Shown here: positions 11,713 to 24,591 of the stretch, in pieces | Numbering within the stretch: position 1 is the stretch's first letter | Layout: every line of letters starts with the position of its first letter | From: Leptogorgia sarmentosa | Lineage: Eukaryota | Assembly (NCBI GenBank): GCA_964658305.1 | Contig: OZ210885.1 | Span: 7,564,001-7,628,000, forward strand | Direction of reading: 5' to 3' | DNA length: 64,000 nucleotides | Position numbers and translations under genes: made by a program | Notes under the pieces: generated by a model | The model's database searches: none | What the model saw: the letters and a program-made list of their open reading frames with translations, nothing else | What the model was told of the DNA's origin: nothing

Positions 11713-12524
11713 CGATAAAGTTTTGGTTAACGAAATGCTAAAAGAGTGCTCGATACCATATAGATAGAGCAAATAGTATAGTTTGAGCTGAGCTTACAGT
11801 TAAATCGCGCAATCACGCAACCTGCAGAAAATCCAGTTATGCAGGGGCAGAGCCCCTCGGAAAATATCATCACTTCGGAAAATATTACGCCGAATCCCCC
11901 TCGCTCCGGGTCTATAAATGATAAATATTCCCTGTCCCTGATTGGCTAAGAGCAAACCGTGAATTTGTCATATCATCTGAATAGCTAACCGGATATTGAT
12001 TTTTCACATTCATAAAATGACGTCAAAGAGTCAATATGAACGAAAATTTGGACGCGTTTGCACCATATCACTATGACGACGAGAACCTTATTGATTCGCT
12101 GACGCCATTGTTATGACGAATGTGGAAACGCGGCACGAAAAAAAACAAAATTAATTTTTCCCTATTCTTAAGGCTCTGTTACACGGTACAATTTTTCTTG
12201 CAACTTGCAACGCAATTCTTCTTCCAAGACATGTAAAATAAAATATGAAATAGGGATGTTAGTCACATCAGTCACTCAAAGCTTAATCGCTAAGGCTTGC
12301 TGATAATAATAATTTAGGTCAAATTTGTTGAATTTTATAAGGTGTACGTACTGTATATGGTGTGCGGTTGCTAAATAATTAAGATTTAGGGAGTCACCCC
12401 AGCTTTCGAATTAACTTACGTAAAGTTTCTGGTGGGCTGGTGGGGTATATCCTCGCGCAGACCGCACCCCCCTCCCTCAGGAATATAACATATCGCTATT
12501 GCTGATGACAAAATGATCTAAAAT
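11205..12524. repeat. Inverted repeat, ~290-bp arms, ~740-bp spacer
   Basis: 11205-11495 is the reverse complement of 12236-12524 with few mismatches. Confidence 0.9.
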
Positions 12525-12640
12525 TTGGGTACGAGTATGATAGAAATAGAGCGAGTACGATGGAAATATATACACCTGTAGATTAAAAAAATGGAATAAC
12601 CCACAGAGATGCAAGTGGGGTTTCATACCTTCAATTTTAC

Positions 12641-12796
12641 CTTTGGGATCCGTGATCCTCAAACAGATATCACACAAGTCAAAATTACACATTCGACAAT
12701 GGTTTGGATATTTGTTTGGCGAAGGATGGAAAGCCATACCACAATTATCACAATCCCATCGACTTGAGGATCTGTGATAAATCAATCCCGTGTTTG
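12641..12796 (-). CDS. Isolated phase 1-1 exon encoding a ZZ/DC1-like Cys-rich finger
   Basis: WDCDNCGMAFHPSPNKYPNHCRMCNFDLCDICL between acceptor tttcaaag and donor gtaaaa; rest of the gene not resolved. Confidence 0.55.
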
Positions 12797-12868
12797 CTTT
12801 GAAACACATGTCACAGCAAACAGTAAAATTTAAAAAATGGTGATTATAGTTAATTTACATAATTATAG

Positions 12869-13164
12869 TTAACAATTAGATTACGAGCTCGAGATTTCTA
12901 TGAGGTGATAGTTGATGAGGGCGAAGCCCGAATCAACTATCATCTCGTAGAAATCGAGAGCGAGTAATCTAATTGTTTTTGTAGAATCAGAGATCAAACA
13001 TGAAAGTATTGCAAAAAATAATTTAAAAACGCGTCTCAGAAGACATTTTCTTTAACGAAAATTCACATATTTCGCTACTCGCTATCTATCGAGGAATAGA
13101 TATCGAGTAGAGTAGCCAATCAAATTGCAGCATTTGCAATAGTATACGAGTATGATTCTACTAA
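12869..13164 (+). mobile_element. Family B copy 3 (full length, 296 bp)
   Basis: Same termini TTAACAATTA...GATTCTACTAA as 6811-7106; different flanks, no TSD. Confidence 0.8.
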
Positions 13165-13667
13165 TTTCTGATATATAGCGCGAATGTGGGCTTCCGGTCC
13201 GGTTCAGGAGATGATAAGTCGATCATTCAATCCCATTTTATCTTGTATATACTTTAGTAAGCTCAGGTACCTCACAAATTGTGTTTATTAACGAATTTGA
13301 AACTATTTGAGTCTTGTTTTTAAAACAAGAGGCAAAAGAACGGGATTGCAGGGTACTTTGGGGGTAGTTGCAAGGATAAACAAGTCATTTAAGGAATTTT
13401 GGGAATATCTGAGGAATTCCGGAGCTCACGCTAAGGAATTTTGAAAATTCGTCGTGAGAGCGCTCAAAAATCCTAGAACCGCGCCTGTAATAGTAAACAA
13501 AGAGACGTAGTCGTTGGTACAACACAAGGGAATAATAAGGGCAAGTGAAAAATTATCAAGTCCGATTTGACTCGAGGCGTCACTAAACACAGTCGACAAA
13601 GACAGACTACAAGGCGTGTGTTCACAGGAGTTTTTTTGTTGGGCTTCGAACGGAAGAGCAAAAGGAT

Positions 13668-16600
13668 ATGCCTCGAGGGATGCCTGGCTTAAAGATTCAA
13701 GTACTTTGCTTGTTTGTTATTGTCACTATAACGAACGTAGCGATGGGTAGGCTGAATTTTTATATTAAAAAGCTAGTTATACTGATAATTCTATTCTTCA
13801 TGTCATGAATAACTTTGAATTCTGGCGGTTCGTCAAATAGCCAATTTTAAACGGCTTAAAACGCAGCGCGCTTGTCATTGAGCGATGAGTGATAACTTAT
13901 AACAGCAGATAGCGTATGGCTTGCTTGTTTACGGCTTTGCGTTTACAATCATCAACGTATGTATGGCAGACAATTATAGCGTGTCTGACAATAGCTATAT
14001 AATATTCATGCTTATTTAAATGCGGCTAAACACGCTTTGAAAAGAATAAACAGTAATTAGAAAAATCGACATATTATACATACAAGTACATATGCGTTTT
14101 CAAACATATACTGCGACGCACCGTTTGAAAGTAAGAAATACTTTGGCAGCTATAGCTCTGTAGATATTAGTCCTATTATGCACATGTTTCCCTATATATT
14201 TTTGTTTTGTAGTTTGTGTATACTAGCAACTACTGGTCTGCTACAAGCATCTAGAATTTCTAAATTTTTCACTTTTTCAATTCAGTTCTAATTCTTGAAT
14301 TCCTGCTGCTTAATTGATTAGCCAACGACGTGAACTTATCGTAGCGTGAGTAACGCTGTTTGAAAGATTTGAAAGTGAAAATGATACGAAACAAAATAAC
14401 ATGGTTCAGTACAAGAAATTCCGTTTTGACCAAAAAATTAAAAACGTCTTCATTACACTGAACAACATGTCCACTGTTTGTTTTTTTTTGTTAATTATAC
14501 AAACATATATTGTTTACGTTATCAACAGGTGTAAGGCTAGTTCAGACGTCGAACCGAACTTTTCGCGCGAACAAATTCGCCCTGTAGAAAAAACGGCTTT
14601 ACGGTGCAAATTTTCGCTTATCTCACTGACCCTGCAGTATTCTAACCTCGAACCAATCATTTTCTCTCTCCTTAGGTCGTGAGGACTTTGCATGCTCTTG
14701 GGACGAGTTTGAGTGTACAAAATCTCAGACGTGTACTCTTCTTAAGTGGAAATGCGATGGAGAAGACGATTGCATGGATGGCGAAGATGAAATGGATTGT
14801 AAGTATTATAATTAGAAAGAACGAGTGACGAAAAGTACGAGAGCGCAACTGAAGGAGTCCGAGTGCCCAAGGGAGGTATCGTAATTGCATGTTGATTCAT
14901 TCTAGGTCCACCTACGACGTGCAGACCAGGTTACTTCAGATGCAGAAATGGACGTTGCATTGAAGAATCCTGGGTCTGTGACAAACACAACGATTGCCCT
15001 GACGGAGATGATGAAGCTCCTACTCAAACGTGTAAGTTACATTCACTCTAATGTTGATTAAGGTTTTTGATATTGAGACTCTGTATGCAAGTATTTTGAT
15101 GAATCACATGAAGAGGTGCGTCCTTTTCTTACATTTGTTTACCTTACTTGTCGGGTGGGCAACAATTTTTCGCTCGTTCCCACTGGGATGTATACATAGC
15201 AGTCTTAAATGATGTGATCTCAGGCCAGCCAATCATGTAAGGTGCTCACCCTGGCTATACAACAATGTGTTGAATTTGGTTTAGGTAATATGACAACGTG
15301 CAGACCAAATGACTTTCAATGTCGGAATGGCGACTGTATTCAAGGTTCATATCAATGTGACAGAGAACATGATTGTGAGGATCAGAGTGATGAAGATGGT
15401 TGTCCAGGTATGGTAACTTTCCGGCACTTTCGGAAACAAATTCCCGACGTAACAGACTACGGACATGACGCAGTATTTAGATTGCAGTAACTTTCCTTTT
15501 TTTCTCAAGATTTTTTTGAAAATTTTCCTGCCTTAAAATTTTTTCAGCCAAAAAACGTATACAATTACTTATTGTAACTGACTATCGTTTATTGCTTATT
15601 TATCCAAACATTCGGGCTTCAGCTCCTTGCAATTTCCTCCTCAAACTGGAGTGAACAGTATGTAAACATGACATGATCCATCCATTTGAAATAATAATTA
15701 TTTCTTGACGTGAAGAGTTTGTCTGTGACTCCACGGAGTTCAAGTGCGCCAACAATCTGACGTGTATCTCCAGTGACAAAAAATGTAATGGTGTGGATGA
15801 CTGTGCTGATAAAAGCGACGAGAGTAATTGCCGTAAGTAGTTTTGTCATACTAAAAAATCACGTGGCCTAATTTGCTGTTGAGAATGAATTTGGAGTAAG
15901 GATTGGGATGGGTAGGTTGGACTATTTAGCAATTAGTCGCCGAAGGCGAGGTGATTACAAGCTCATAGTCACCAAGGCGCGCAGCGCCGAGGTGACTATG
16001 AGCTTGTGATCACCGAAGCCTGAGGCGACTAATTGTTTTAGTATGAATTCCCAGGTCAAACTGATTTGATTCAAACTGTCTTTTAATTAGAAACTCAAGT
16101 TTTGTTTACTTTGCTTATAGTTTGTTTACATAAAATAATTCACGCTCATATCACCACTTTGCTAGTGAAAAAAGCCAGTTTGTTGCATAAAAATAACAAT
16201 AAATAAAATATTTTACTTTGAAAGATTTTTAAACCATATTTTGTCGCTTGTTTAACTTTCTTGGGGATGCTTTCTTGTTTAATTTTGTCAATTTCCTCCT
16301 GCGAAACTTCAGCAAACCGAGCGGCCATTTTGAATTTTAATTATGTTATAGTCACTGCCCGGTGACTATAACACCAGAGACAGCAAATTTTAACCAATCA
16401 GATTGCAGGAAATGTTATAGTCACTTGAAAATTTATACTAAAAAATAGTAGACCATGGAAAGGCGAAAGATTAGAGAGAAAGTAAATATGACAATTGACC
16501 TTCGAAGTGCTCAAGTCACGCCAGTGTCAAAACAATGAATCGCTGCAATGCAATGTGAGAAAGATGTGAGAATAAATTTTATTGTATTTACATGCATTGA

Positions 16601-19600
16601 AAGACCGTGTGATGTAAGCACTTCAAAAGTCTGTAGGAGAGGAATGAGGAAATGTCAGTAAGTTAGATTGTTAAATGCATGCAAAATTAAAACACGTTCC
16701 TAAATGATATTTGTTAATCAAAATACTTTTCCATTTTCTATAGCCCCCACGTGCGATCCCTCTTCACAATTCACTTGTGGTGACGGTGAATGTTTCCCTA
16801 TTTCTTTTCATTGCGACGGCGATAATGACTGCCCTGACTCCTCGGACGAACAGGGTTGCCCCCCACCACCCACTTTCGCTCCTTGTCCAGCTCACAAATT
16901 TGGATGCAGTGACGGAGAATGTTTACCGCTGGACTGGAAGTGCGATGGTGCATCAGACTGCAACGATGGAACAGATGAATTGAGCTGTCCTGCAACGTGC
17001 ATGAGCATGCAGTTTACATGCGCGCAATCGGGAAAGTGCATTTTCCAGCATTCAAGGTGCGACGGTATTGAAGATTGTGGAGACGGTTCGGATGAAGCGA
17101 AATGTGGTGAGTGGCAGTTGAATTAAATCAAGTATCGTCGATTGCAATTAAGAATGAACAGTTGCATATAAAAAGATTGATAAATCTGTTAATTTATTGG
17201 TATAGCACAGATTATTATTCACTGCATGTTTTCCAGTTAAAGTTTCGTTTTACTAATCATGATTCTGGGGAGTTGGTTGTATCAAGGGTGAATAGAGCAC
17301 TATCCAATAGCTTGTTTTTATCGCTTTCAGACTGAATGCAATGTTTGTGTCCTTCATATGTACAGAATTTATAAAGAGACTGTGGTACACTGAATTTAGG
17401 ACATGCAATTGGGCGAAATTTAATGAAGCTAATTTTTTTCCGTTTAAGTTTCTTTAGAACATCCCATGTCATGCAGTGATGCTAGTTCGTTTCGTTGTGG
17501 AAGTTCGCCATATTGTATCAACGCGACCAAAGTGTGCAATGGTTTGAGAGATTGTCCCCGTGGGGAAGATGAAGCACCTAACTGTGGTATGTATTATGCT
17601 TCTCTTACCGGAAGAGAATCACATACAGGCCCAAAAAGGCAAAAACTATGTGCGTATTATGTATTATGTACTATGTAGTTAACAGATCTACTGATTTTCT
17701 TTGCCGCTTTTCTGTTGAAACTAATATTCATTTGATGCATTTTTTTATAATGCGGATGTAAATTTTCTCATATGTGACTGTGTATCTACATTGCATTTTA
17801 ATAGGAATCGACGAGTGTTCTGATCATAATGGTCACTGTATTCACAAATGTAAAGATCTTCCTATTGGTTACGAATGCCATTGTAATAAAGGCTACAAAC
17901 TGGCCAACGACAGCAGATCATGTGAAGGTACGAACGTTGAGGCATGGCTCTGCATTGTCACTATAATATGTTGTGCGCTACTTTTACGATGATTTATATT
18001 GCAGACCTAAACGAATGCGAAGAGGTGTATGGCTCCTGCAGTCAGACGTGTGTTAACTTCAAAGGACACTTCAAATGTGGTTGTGTCCAGGGTTATCGTA
18101 AGGAAGAGGATGTCACGTGTCGAGCGACAGGTGAGAGATCACTGGGTACGCCGGGTATGCCTTTTCCTGGCGTAACATGTTTGCAATGAAACTGATAAAG
18201 GTTGACGGGGACGATTCATTGATTCGTGAAGACTATTGAAGATATGTTGCTAAAGATTGTATATTATTTGCGAAATTTTCTAGGCCCACAAGCGTATCTT
18301 GTCTTTGGTGGCGAACATGCCATTCACAATCTCACAGTATCCGGGATTCACTACGGTGATGTTGTTTTAAATCGCAACGCACCAATTGCCATAGGCCATG
18401 ATGTCAATAATGGATACGTTTACTGGAGTGATATTCTTGATGGAACGATTGAACGTGCACGATTATTGGGTGATGGAACTGCGGAGACAGTTGTTAAGAA
18501 AGTAGTACACTCAAATGGTACGTTTAACCGATCTAAGTCAATGTTGTTGGCTACCTGCATGTTTCTATATTATAAATTTGTACGCCTTCTTTCAATCTAA
18601 TGTTGGTTAATATAAATTAAAAAATCTAGGTGTGGCCATTGATTGGATTGGAAAGAAAATATATTGGACCGATGAAACATTGAAATCCATTGAAGTTTCT
18701 GAATTCGATGGCAAGAATCGTTTAAAACTATTCAGTGCCAGCTTAGACGCGCCGCGCGGTATAGCTTTGGATCCATTTGAAAGGTAGGATTACTACTTAT
18801 CTGTATATTTTGAGCTGGGATGGTGCGCAAGCCATAATTAACTTCTTGTCAAATGTAGGCTATGTAGCTTTCAATTAACCAATCTTCCGAACTTTCAGCC
18901 AATGTTCTTGAGTTAAAAATAATAAACCAGCGAAATTAAATGAATACTTTAGACAAGGCTAGATAGAAACCAATGAGGATTTCTTTACTTCTAGGTATAT
19001 ATTCTGGACAGATTGGGGTGGAGTACATCCTAAAATTGAGCGAGCAAGTATGGATGGCAATTTAACTTCTCGCAAAGTTATCCTTGACACTGACCTCGTC
19101 TGGCCAACTGCCTTGACAATAGATACCATCACTCAGAGGTTGTTCTTCGCGGACACAAAATCGCAGCGAATAGACACGATCAAATACGACGGTTCGGCGA
19201 GAAAGACTTTGATCTTCAAAGGACTTGTTCACCCGCTAGGTTTGGCAGTGTTTGAGGATCGTCTGTACTATACTGATTATTCGCTTGACACCATATTCAC
19301 CGTCAACAAAAGAACTGGCCAACGATTAGGTGAACTGAAAAACAATTTGAGAAGTCCTACGGGTGTGAATGTTGTTCACCCATTGCATCAGAAACAAGGT
19401 AAGGCAGTGAATGATTTAATTTCTTTCTCCGCTTCACTGTGTACGTGAAACTGAACAGAAAACGCAACCGAAAAATTATATACACAAAATTTATTTCTTT
19501 AGTCCCCACACAGTGCGCCAGAAATAACGGTGGCTGCTCTCATCTCTGCCTGCTTTCAAACGTTTCCGCAAAAAATCACACCTGCCGCTGTCCAAACGGA

Positions 19601-20374
19601 ATGGTGTTGAGAAAAGATGGCAAATCCTGCGTTCATAGCGACGAATCAAATTCAACGACACCTAGCAAAACCAGCCCCTCTCCAACGATCAGGATTGTAT
19701 CTACTGGCAAACCTAGCCAGACCAGTCCATTCGGGACGACCAGAAAGAGTACAACAAGTAACAAAGGTAAGGAATGTCTTTGCGATGGCAACAAAAAGTC
19801 TTATTTAAAAGAACGTATAAAATAATACTGTCCTGTATTAAAGTGACAATCTGCATGTATTGTCACAGCTCACAAGTGGGCTCCCGCAAGGTTTTTAGCT
19901 TTTTACCGTTTTTAAACAACTTTTGATTGTTACTCAGTGACTATTAGGTCAGTGATTATTAGGCTAATCCCGCAACAGTTTGTTTCAAGAATTAAGCAAG
20001 ATATGAAAAATCTGTGAAATAGCTATGCCTTTATAAATAATTTAGAAACGTTCTTTAAGACTTCAAGACTGGTTCTGAAAAGAATTTTGATCTTTGAACG
20101 TTTGTATAATCTAGATGGTACGCTGGGCAAGAAACAGGGTGAATCATCTTCAAACAGCGGACCAATGATAGCTGGAGTTACTGTGGCTGTTTTGGTACTC
20201 ATCTTCCTGCTCATTGTCGCTTTCTTGTATTGGCGAAGACAAAGCAAGATGGCGGATAGAAGAATTCTGTTTTACAAAGTTAACTCCACAACGCCGCTGC
20301 AAAACGACTTCAATGAAGAGCTTATCAAAAGCCACGAAAACATTGGCGGAATGTCACGCGTGCAATTTACATAA
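13668..20374 (+). CDS. VLDLR/LDLR-family lipoprotein receptor (signal peptide, 8 LDL-A, 2 EGF, YWTD propeller, EGF, S/T-rich, TM, short tail)
   Basis: 14 exons, all GT-AG and phase-compatible: 13668-13746, 14676-14798, 14906-15031, 15285-15407, 15716-15832, 16744-17106, 17458-17586, 17805-17927, 18005-18130, 18284-18517, 18630-18783, 18995-19398, 19503-19766, 20115-20374. Motifs DCxDx[43 protein letters not shown]. Confidence 0.95.
15926..16441 (+). mobile_element. Crypton-like family A copy 2, in intron 5 of the receptor gene
   Basis: Hairpin plus right end ATTTATACTAA; minus-strand ORF 16146-16328 [37 protein letters not shown] followed by a GT donor matches the CryptonA/DUF3504-type N-terminus. 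Confidence 0.75.
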
Positions 20375-21005
20375 TGTTGTATAGATAGCTGATAGGCAAA
20401 TGCAAAAAACGTACGCCTGTGCATGTCTCCTTATCATGAATGAGTGCCATATATGATTTCATAACTCGCATGGTTTGTGAAGCTGTTTGTTAATTTGAGT
20501 TAAGGATTGTCGAGTAGCAGTAAAGCCAAAGACAAACGAAATTTATTCCTACACGAAGTTGACTGTTGTTTCCTATGCATGCTAATTTTTGAAGGAAGAA
20601 CTAGTGATCGGCTTAGTCCCCGGGGTGAAGCTGTGCAACGTCAGAAGGTAATAGTGACACAAGTCATTCACTCATGTTTTCCTGGCTACCGACAGATATT
20701 GAAAGAGCCAATGAGCAGTCAAGTTTTATTTCGAAAAGCGTGTCCAGTAACGGGATAAAAGCATCCCGCATAGCTACAAGCAAAATATCGGCAAAATATT
20801 GAAATATTTCGTTTATTCGTGGACTGTTCAAGCTGTACTTTGACAAAAAAAGTTGCTAACAGGTTAGTAAAAATATCCTCATTTATATTTGTGTTGTTTT
20901 TCAAGCCGGTTGTGTTTTTGATAAATTTCGGGTTTATTTTGTGTGTGTATTTTCAAAAGTGTAAATAGTTGCCAACCTTAGGATATTTACACTGAGATAT
21001 AATAT

Positions 21006-21358
21006 TTTATATAACACTTTGTTAAATTAACGCGATTTAATTGGTTATTTACGATCACGTGATATAAAATAGAAATTCCCATTTTCATGATCGTGCAATG
21101 GAACCGTGCAAATATTTCTTTCCATTGCACGGTGGTTTTAATTATTTTCAATCACTCAAAATGTTATTATCGCACGCATTTAATGGGGAATCCATGAACG
21201 TGGCGCGACCATGTGAGCGATGGAATTTTATTTAGTAAACTAACAAAACAAAATGGCGGGTATTTCGTGTCAATGATTTATTTTGGTGTCATATAAAACA
21301 AATAATGAATGTTTATTTCGTGCAATGGGAAGAATATTTTCATTGGTCACTTCGCTGC
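21006..21358 (-). mobile_element. Truncated Crypton-like element with the same end design
   Basis: TTATATAACAC end matched by GTGTCATATAAAACAAATAA; half hairpin stops at a CTTCG (CGAAG) apex. Confidence 0.4.
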
Positions 21359-21650
21359 CCAAGTAGCTGCCATATTTTCACATAAATATTTCATATTTCA
21401 CATAATTATTTCGTATTGTTCTGATACGAAATACAGCGCTTAGGGTCGGAGTGGACCAGCTACCTGGAACTAGTTCGCCGATTAACTTAAGTAAACCCAT
21501 AGCACAGAGTATAAATCATAGAGAGATGTAACTGGCGTAAATCAATATGAAAAAAACTCGCATTTTCACGTACCCACTTTTTTAAGTTTCAATGCGATCG
21601 TAATTGGATTCGTAATTGGATTTATATTGAGTTTCAATAGGGAAGAGGTT

Positions 21651-21735
21651 GCCTCTTTAGCTCAGGGGTTAGAGCACTGGTCTAATAAAACAGCTAGGAA
21701 ACCGGGGGTGCAGAGTTCAAATCTCTGAAGAGGCT
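21651..21735 (+). tRNA. Intron-containing tRNA-Thr body with anticodon mutated AGT->AAT (intron 21688-21699)
   Basis: Full cloverleaf GCCTCTT/AAGAGGC; 12-nt AAACAGCTAGGA after position 37. Confidence 0.75.
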
Positions 21736-21869
21736 TTGTGAATAAGTGTTCATCCATTTCCTTTTTTGTAATTGGTTACAACGTATGCAGTTAACTCTCG
21801 AAATTGTATGGGAAGTGTGACCTGAAAATTTTTGAAGTGAAATTATTTTATTAAAAACACGTGATAATA

Positions 21870-21932
21870 CGGGAATTGGCCCCGGCCCATGGCGGTGAAA
21901 ACGCCAGATCCTAACCACTAAACCATATGTGA
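21870..21932 (-). pseudogene. tRNA-Glu(TTC) pseudogene
   Basis: TGGCG TT TTC AC CGCCA arm; T arm and 3' end degenerate. Confidence 0.8.
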
Positions 21933-21977
21933 GTGATAACTTGTTCACTATTCCTGTGCTTCAAAGCCAGTTTAATC

Positions 21978-22048
21978 TGCGTTGGCGGGGAATCGAACCC
22001 CGGTCTCCCGCGTGGCAGGCGAGAATTCTACCACTGAACCACCAACGC
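21978..22048 (-). tRNA. tRNA-Gly(GCC)
   Basis: GCGTTGGTGGTTCAGTGGTAGAATTCTCGCCTGCCACGCGGGAGACCGGGGTTCGATTCCCCGCCAACGCA. Confidence 0.95.
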
Positions 22049-22515
22049 AAAGTTGCCCAATTATTTCGTTATAATGTTCATATTCCACAAGATGCCGAAC
22101 ATTTTCACCAAACACCTTCAAATAATAAATCAGAGTAAATTCTTGGAAATTGTTCAAATCACTGCTTCAAATTAAAATTTTCAGAAAAAATTCCCACGCC
22201 GGGAATCAAAACCGGGCTATAAAGGCATACTCTGTTAAAAGCTCCTTTACCCAATAACAAAATCAAGGAATTAAAATCAAGAATTTAAAAAACGATACAA
22301 AACTAATAATAATTATGTACATTATGAATCAATTTGTGGGCATTATTCCTGAATCTTTTGTTGCTGGAATTAATTCTTTATTAATCGTGCCAACACGTAA
22401 AAGAGGTTGATATCGGAAAATATTGACTTTACTTTTTTTCCGTTATGGATGAAATTACGAGTTTTCCCAAAATATGGATAAGAAACATGAACTTTTGAAA
22501 TTCACATATCAATTT

Positions 22516-22561
22516 TCGCTTTGGGTGCCAGAGGTCATGGGTTCGATTCCCGTGCAAGCCC
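22516..22561 (+). pseudogene. tRNA-Pro(TGG) 3' fragment
   Basis: tcgctttgggtgccagaggtcatgggttcgattcccgtgcaagccc. Confidence 0.75.
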
Positions 22562-22638
22562 TTATAATTAACCAAGTAAGACGTTGTATTTTTTGAAAGC
22601 TTTCGTAAATCCTAAGAAAACCCCACCCAAACACGTCA

Positions 22639-22662
22639 CGTCCCTGGTTGGACTCGAACCAA

Positions 22663-22706
<44 letters not shown>

Positions 22707-22712
22707 AGAGAC
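22639..22712 (-). tRNA. tRNA-Asn(GTT)
   Basis: Complete cloverleaf, TTCGG CT GTT AA CCGAA. Confidence 0.95.
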
Positions 22713-22880
22713 TGACTCCATTGAAAACCTTCCGAAAAGAAAACAAAAAATACTGGATATTATTTTTGTTCAAAATTGGATTTTTAGCCAAGGCCATATG
22801 CGACGGCAACAATAAACAGAACTTCAACGGTGACGATGCCCGCAATGGTGATTACAATACTTTCTGGTGTTTGAAACAGA

Positions 22881-22952
22881 TGCCGTGACCAGGATTCTAA
22901 CCTGGGTTATTGCGGCCACAACGCAATGTACTAACCACTATATGATCACGGC
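22881..22952 (-). tRNA. tRNA-His(GTG), T-loop mutated (TTAGA), probably pseudogene
   Basis: TTGCG TT GTG GC CGCAA; compare intact copy 29687-29758. Confidence 0.8.
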
Positions 22953-23063
22953 GACGTCGTTGGAAGATTGGAAAATGTTTTGGAACGGCTGAGATATTAC
23001 ATTAATGCCCTATTTTCCCCCGTCAGTGCAAAGTACAAAAGAAAACATTTTGATATCATCAAT

Positions 23064-23119
23064 GGCTTGCTGGTCGCTTAGGGTGCGAGAGGTCACGGGT
23101 TCGATTCCCGTGCAAGCCC
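23064..23119 (+). pseudogene. tRNA-Pro(AGG) with D arm deleted
   Basis: ggcttgctggtcgcttagggtgcgagaggtcacgggttcgattcccgtgcaagccc. Confidence 0.8.
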
Positions 23120-23235
23120 TAGTTAATTAACCAAGTAAGACGATCTCTTTTTTGAAAGATTCCATAAATCCTTAGAAAATCCCGCGCAAAAAAATCGGTT
23201 ACATTTACCGTCACGACGTCTGAACACACCAAACA

Positions 23236-23259
23236 CGTCCCTGGTTGGACTCGAACCAA

Positions 23260-23303
<44 letters not shown>

Positions 23304-23309
23304 AGAGAC
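23236..23309 (-). tRNA. tRNA-Asn(GTT)
   Basis: Identical body to 22639-22712. Confidence 0.95.
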
Positions 23310-23563
23310 CAACTCAAAAACTTTCCCAAAAGAAATGTAAAAATAACGGATATTACTATTTAATAACAATACACTCGTGAGTTTTCCGAAAACCGCAAAT
23401 AGCACTCGTCCTTCGGACTCCAGCTAGAAGTTGAAAACTTTGCTTTAAAAAAGTTCCTTCGACAACTTCTTTTTATAACTTTTCTCTTTTTTCTCCTACA
23501 CCCAAATCATAACCACCCATAACACCAAAATTTTGCCAAATACTTTCTGGAAATTTGCTCTTC

Positions 23564-23633
23564 CGTAGTCGGCAGGATTTGAACCTGCGCGGGAATTTCC
23601 CAACAGATTTCTAGCCTGTCGCCTTAACCACTC
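23564..23633 (-). pseudogene. tRNA-Ser(AGA), 5' truncated
   Basis: Long variable arm, CT AGA AA loop, first ~12 nt missing. Confidence 0.85.
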
Positions 23634-23811
23634 AAATGAATTCTCATTCTGCGAGTAAAATCAAACAAAATATTTTAGTAATCGTTTTCAAGTATTGGTG
23701 GATAGATTTAACACGAATCGTAGTATATGCATCTCAACTCTTTGGGTCGCATATTTCCCATCAGCCTGCTTTAAAGAATTTGAAAGTTTTCCAGTTTATA
23801 GGTATGGTAAG

Positions 23812-23883
23812 AAGGAGCGGGCGGATTTGAACCACCGACCTCTCGATCTGCAGTCGAATGCTCTACCACTGAGCTACACTCCC
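23812..23883 (-). tRNA. tRNA-Cys(GCA)
   Basis: GGGAGTGTAGCTCAGTGGTAGAGCATTCGACTGCAGATCGAGAGGTCGGTGGTTCAAATCCGCCCGCTCCTT. Confidence 0.9.
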
Positions 23884-24187
23884 TGTGTAGTCGACTAGGT
23901 TAATTACGTACATATGATTTCAAACGCAGCTATAATCAATTCACGGACCTCTGTATTTTCAATTTTACATTCAAATACAAAATCTTTCTTGGCATGTTTC
24001 ATAACCTTAATACAATAAAAAAATGCGACTTCTTTCCGTTGATTTTGTAGATGGAAAACGTGGCATTGAATCTGTCACTTTAAACACTCAGCCCCCACCA
24101 CCGAGAACACAACTTCCTGTCATCGAGTTTTTCCCCAAAACAATTCATGTTTATCTTCGAGGACAAAATTTTAAAGACTTTGCATAA

Positions 24188-24269
24188 CGTAGTCGGCAGG
24201 ATTTGAACCTGCGCGGGAAACTCCCAACAGATTTCTAGTCTGTCGCCTTAACCGCTCGGCCACGACTAC
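24188..24269 (-). tRNA. tRNA-Ser(AGA)
   Basis: Complete 82-nt cloverleaf with variable arm. Confidence 0.95.
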
Positions 24270-24591
24270 GTTGCTACAACCAACCGGTTTCACGTTGTTC
24301 ATTAATGAACATTCACATCCATCTACAACTGACCTACACACTCTCAGCGCTACACTCTGAACAATAGAAACTTTCTATTTTGAGGTCTTTGCAAAACTCA
24401 CTCGTGCAAGTTAATTCCAAATTCCACTCGAAACCATTCTATTAGCAATGCTTATTTATTTCCAAACGTAGTGAAAAGGTGGAAAGATATGAAACTTGAA
24501 CTAAAATATATAGAATGCTACCTACCTGTGCAGGAACATGCCTGAATTTGCCTGAAGCCACATTTTACCTCCAGACAAGGTCGCCAACTTT

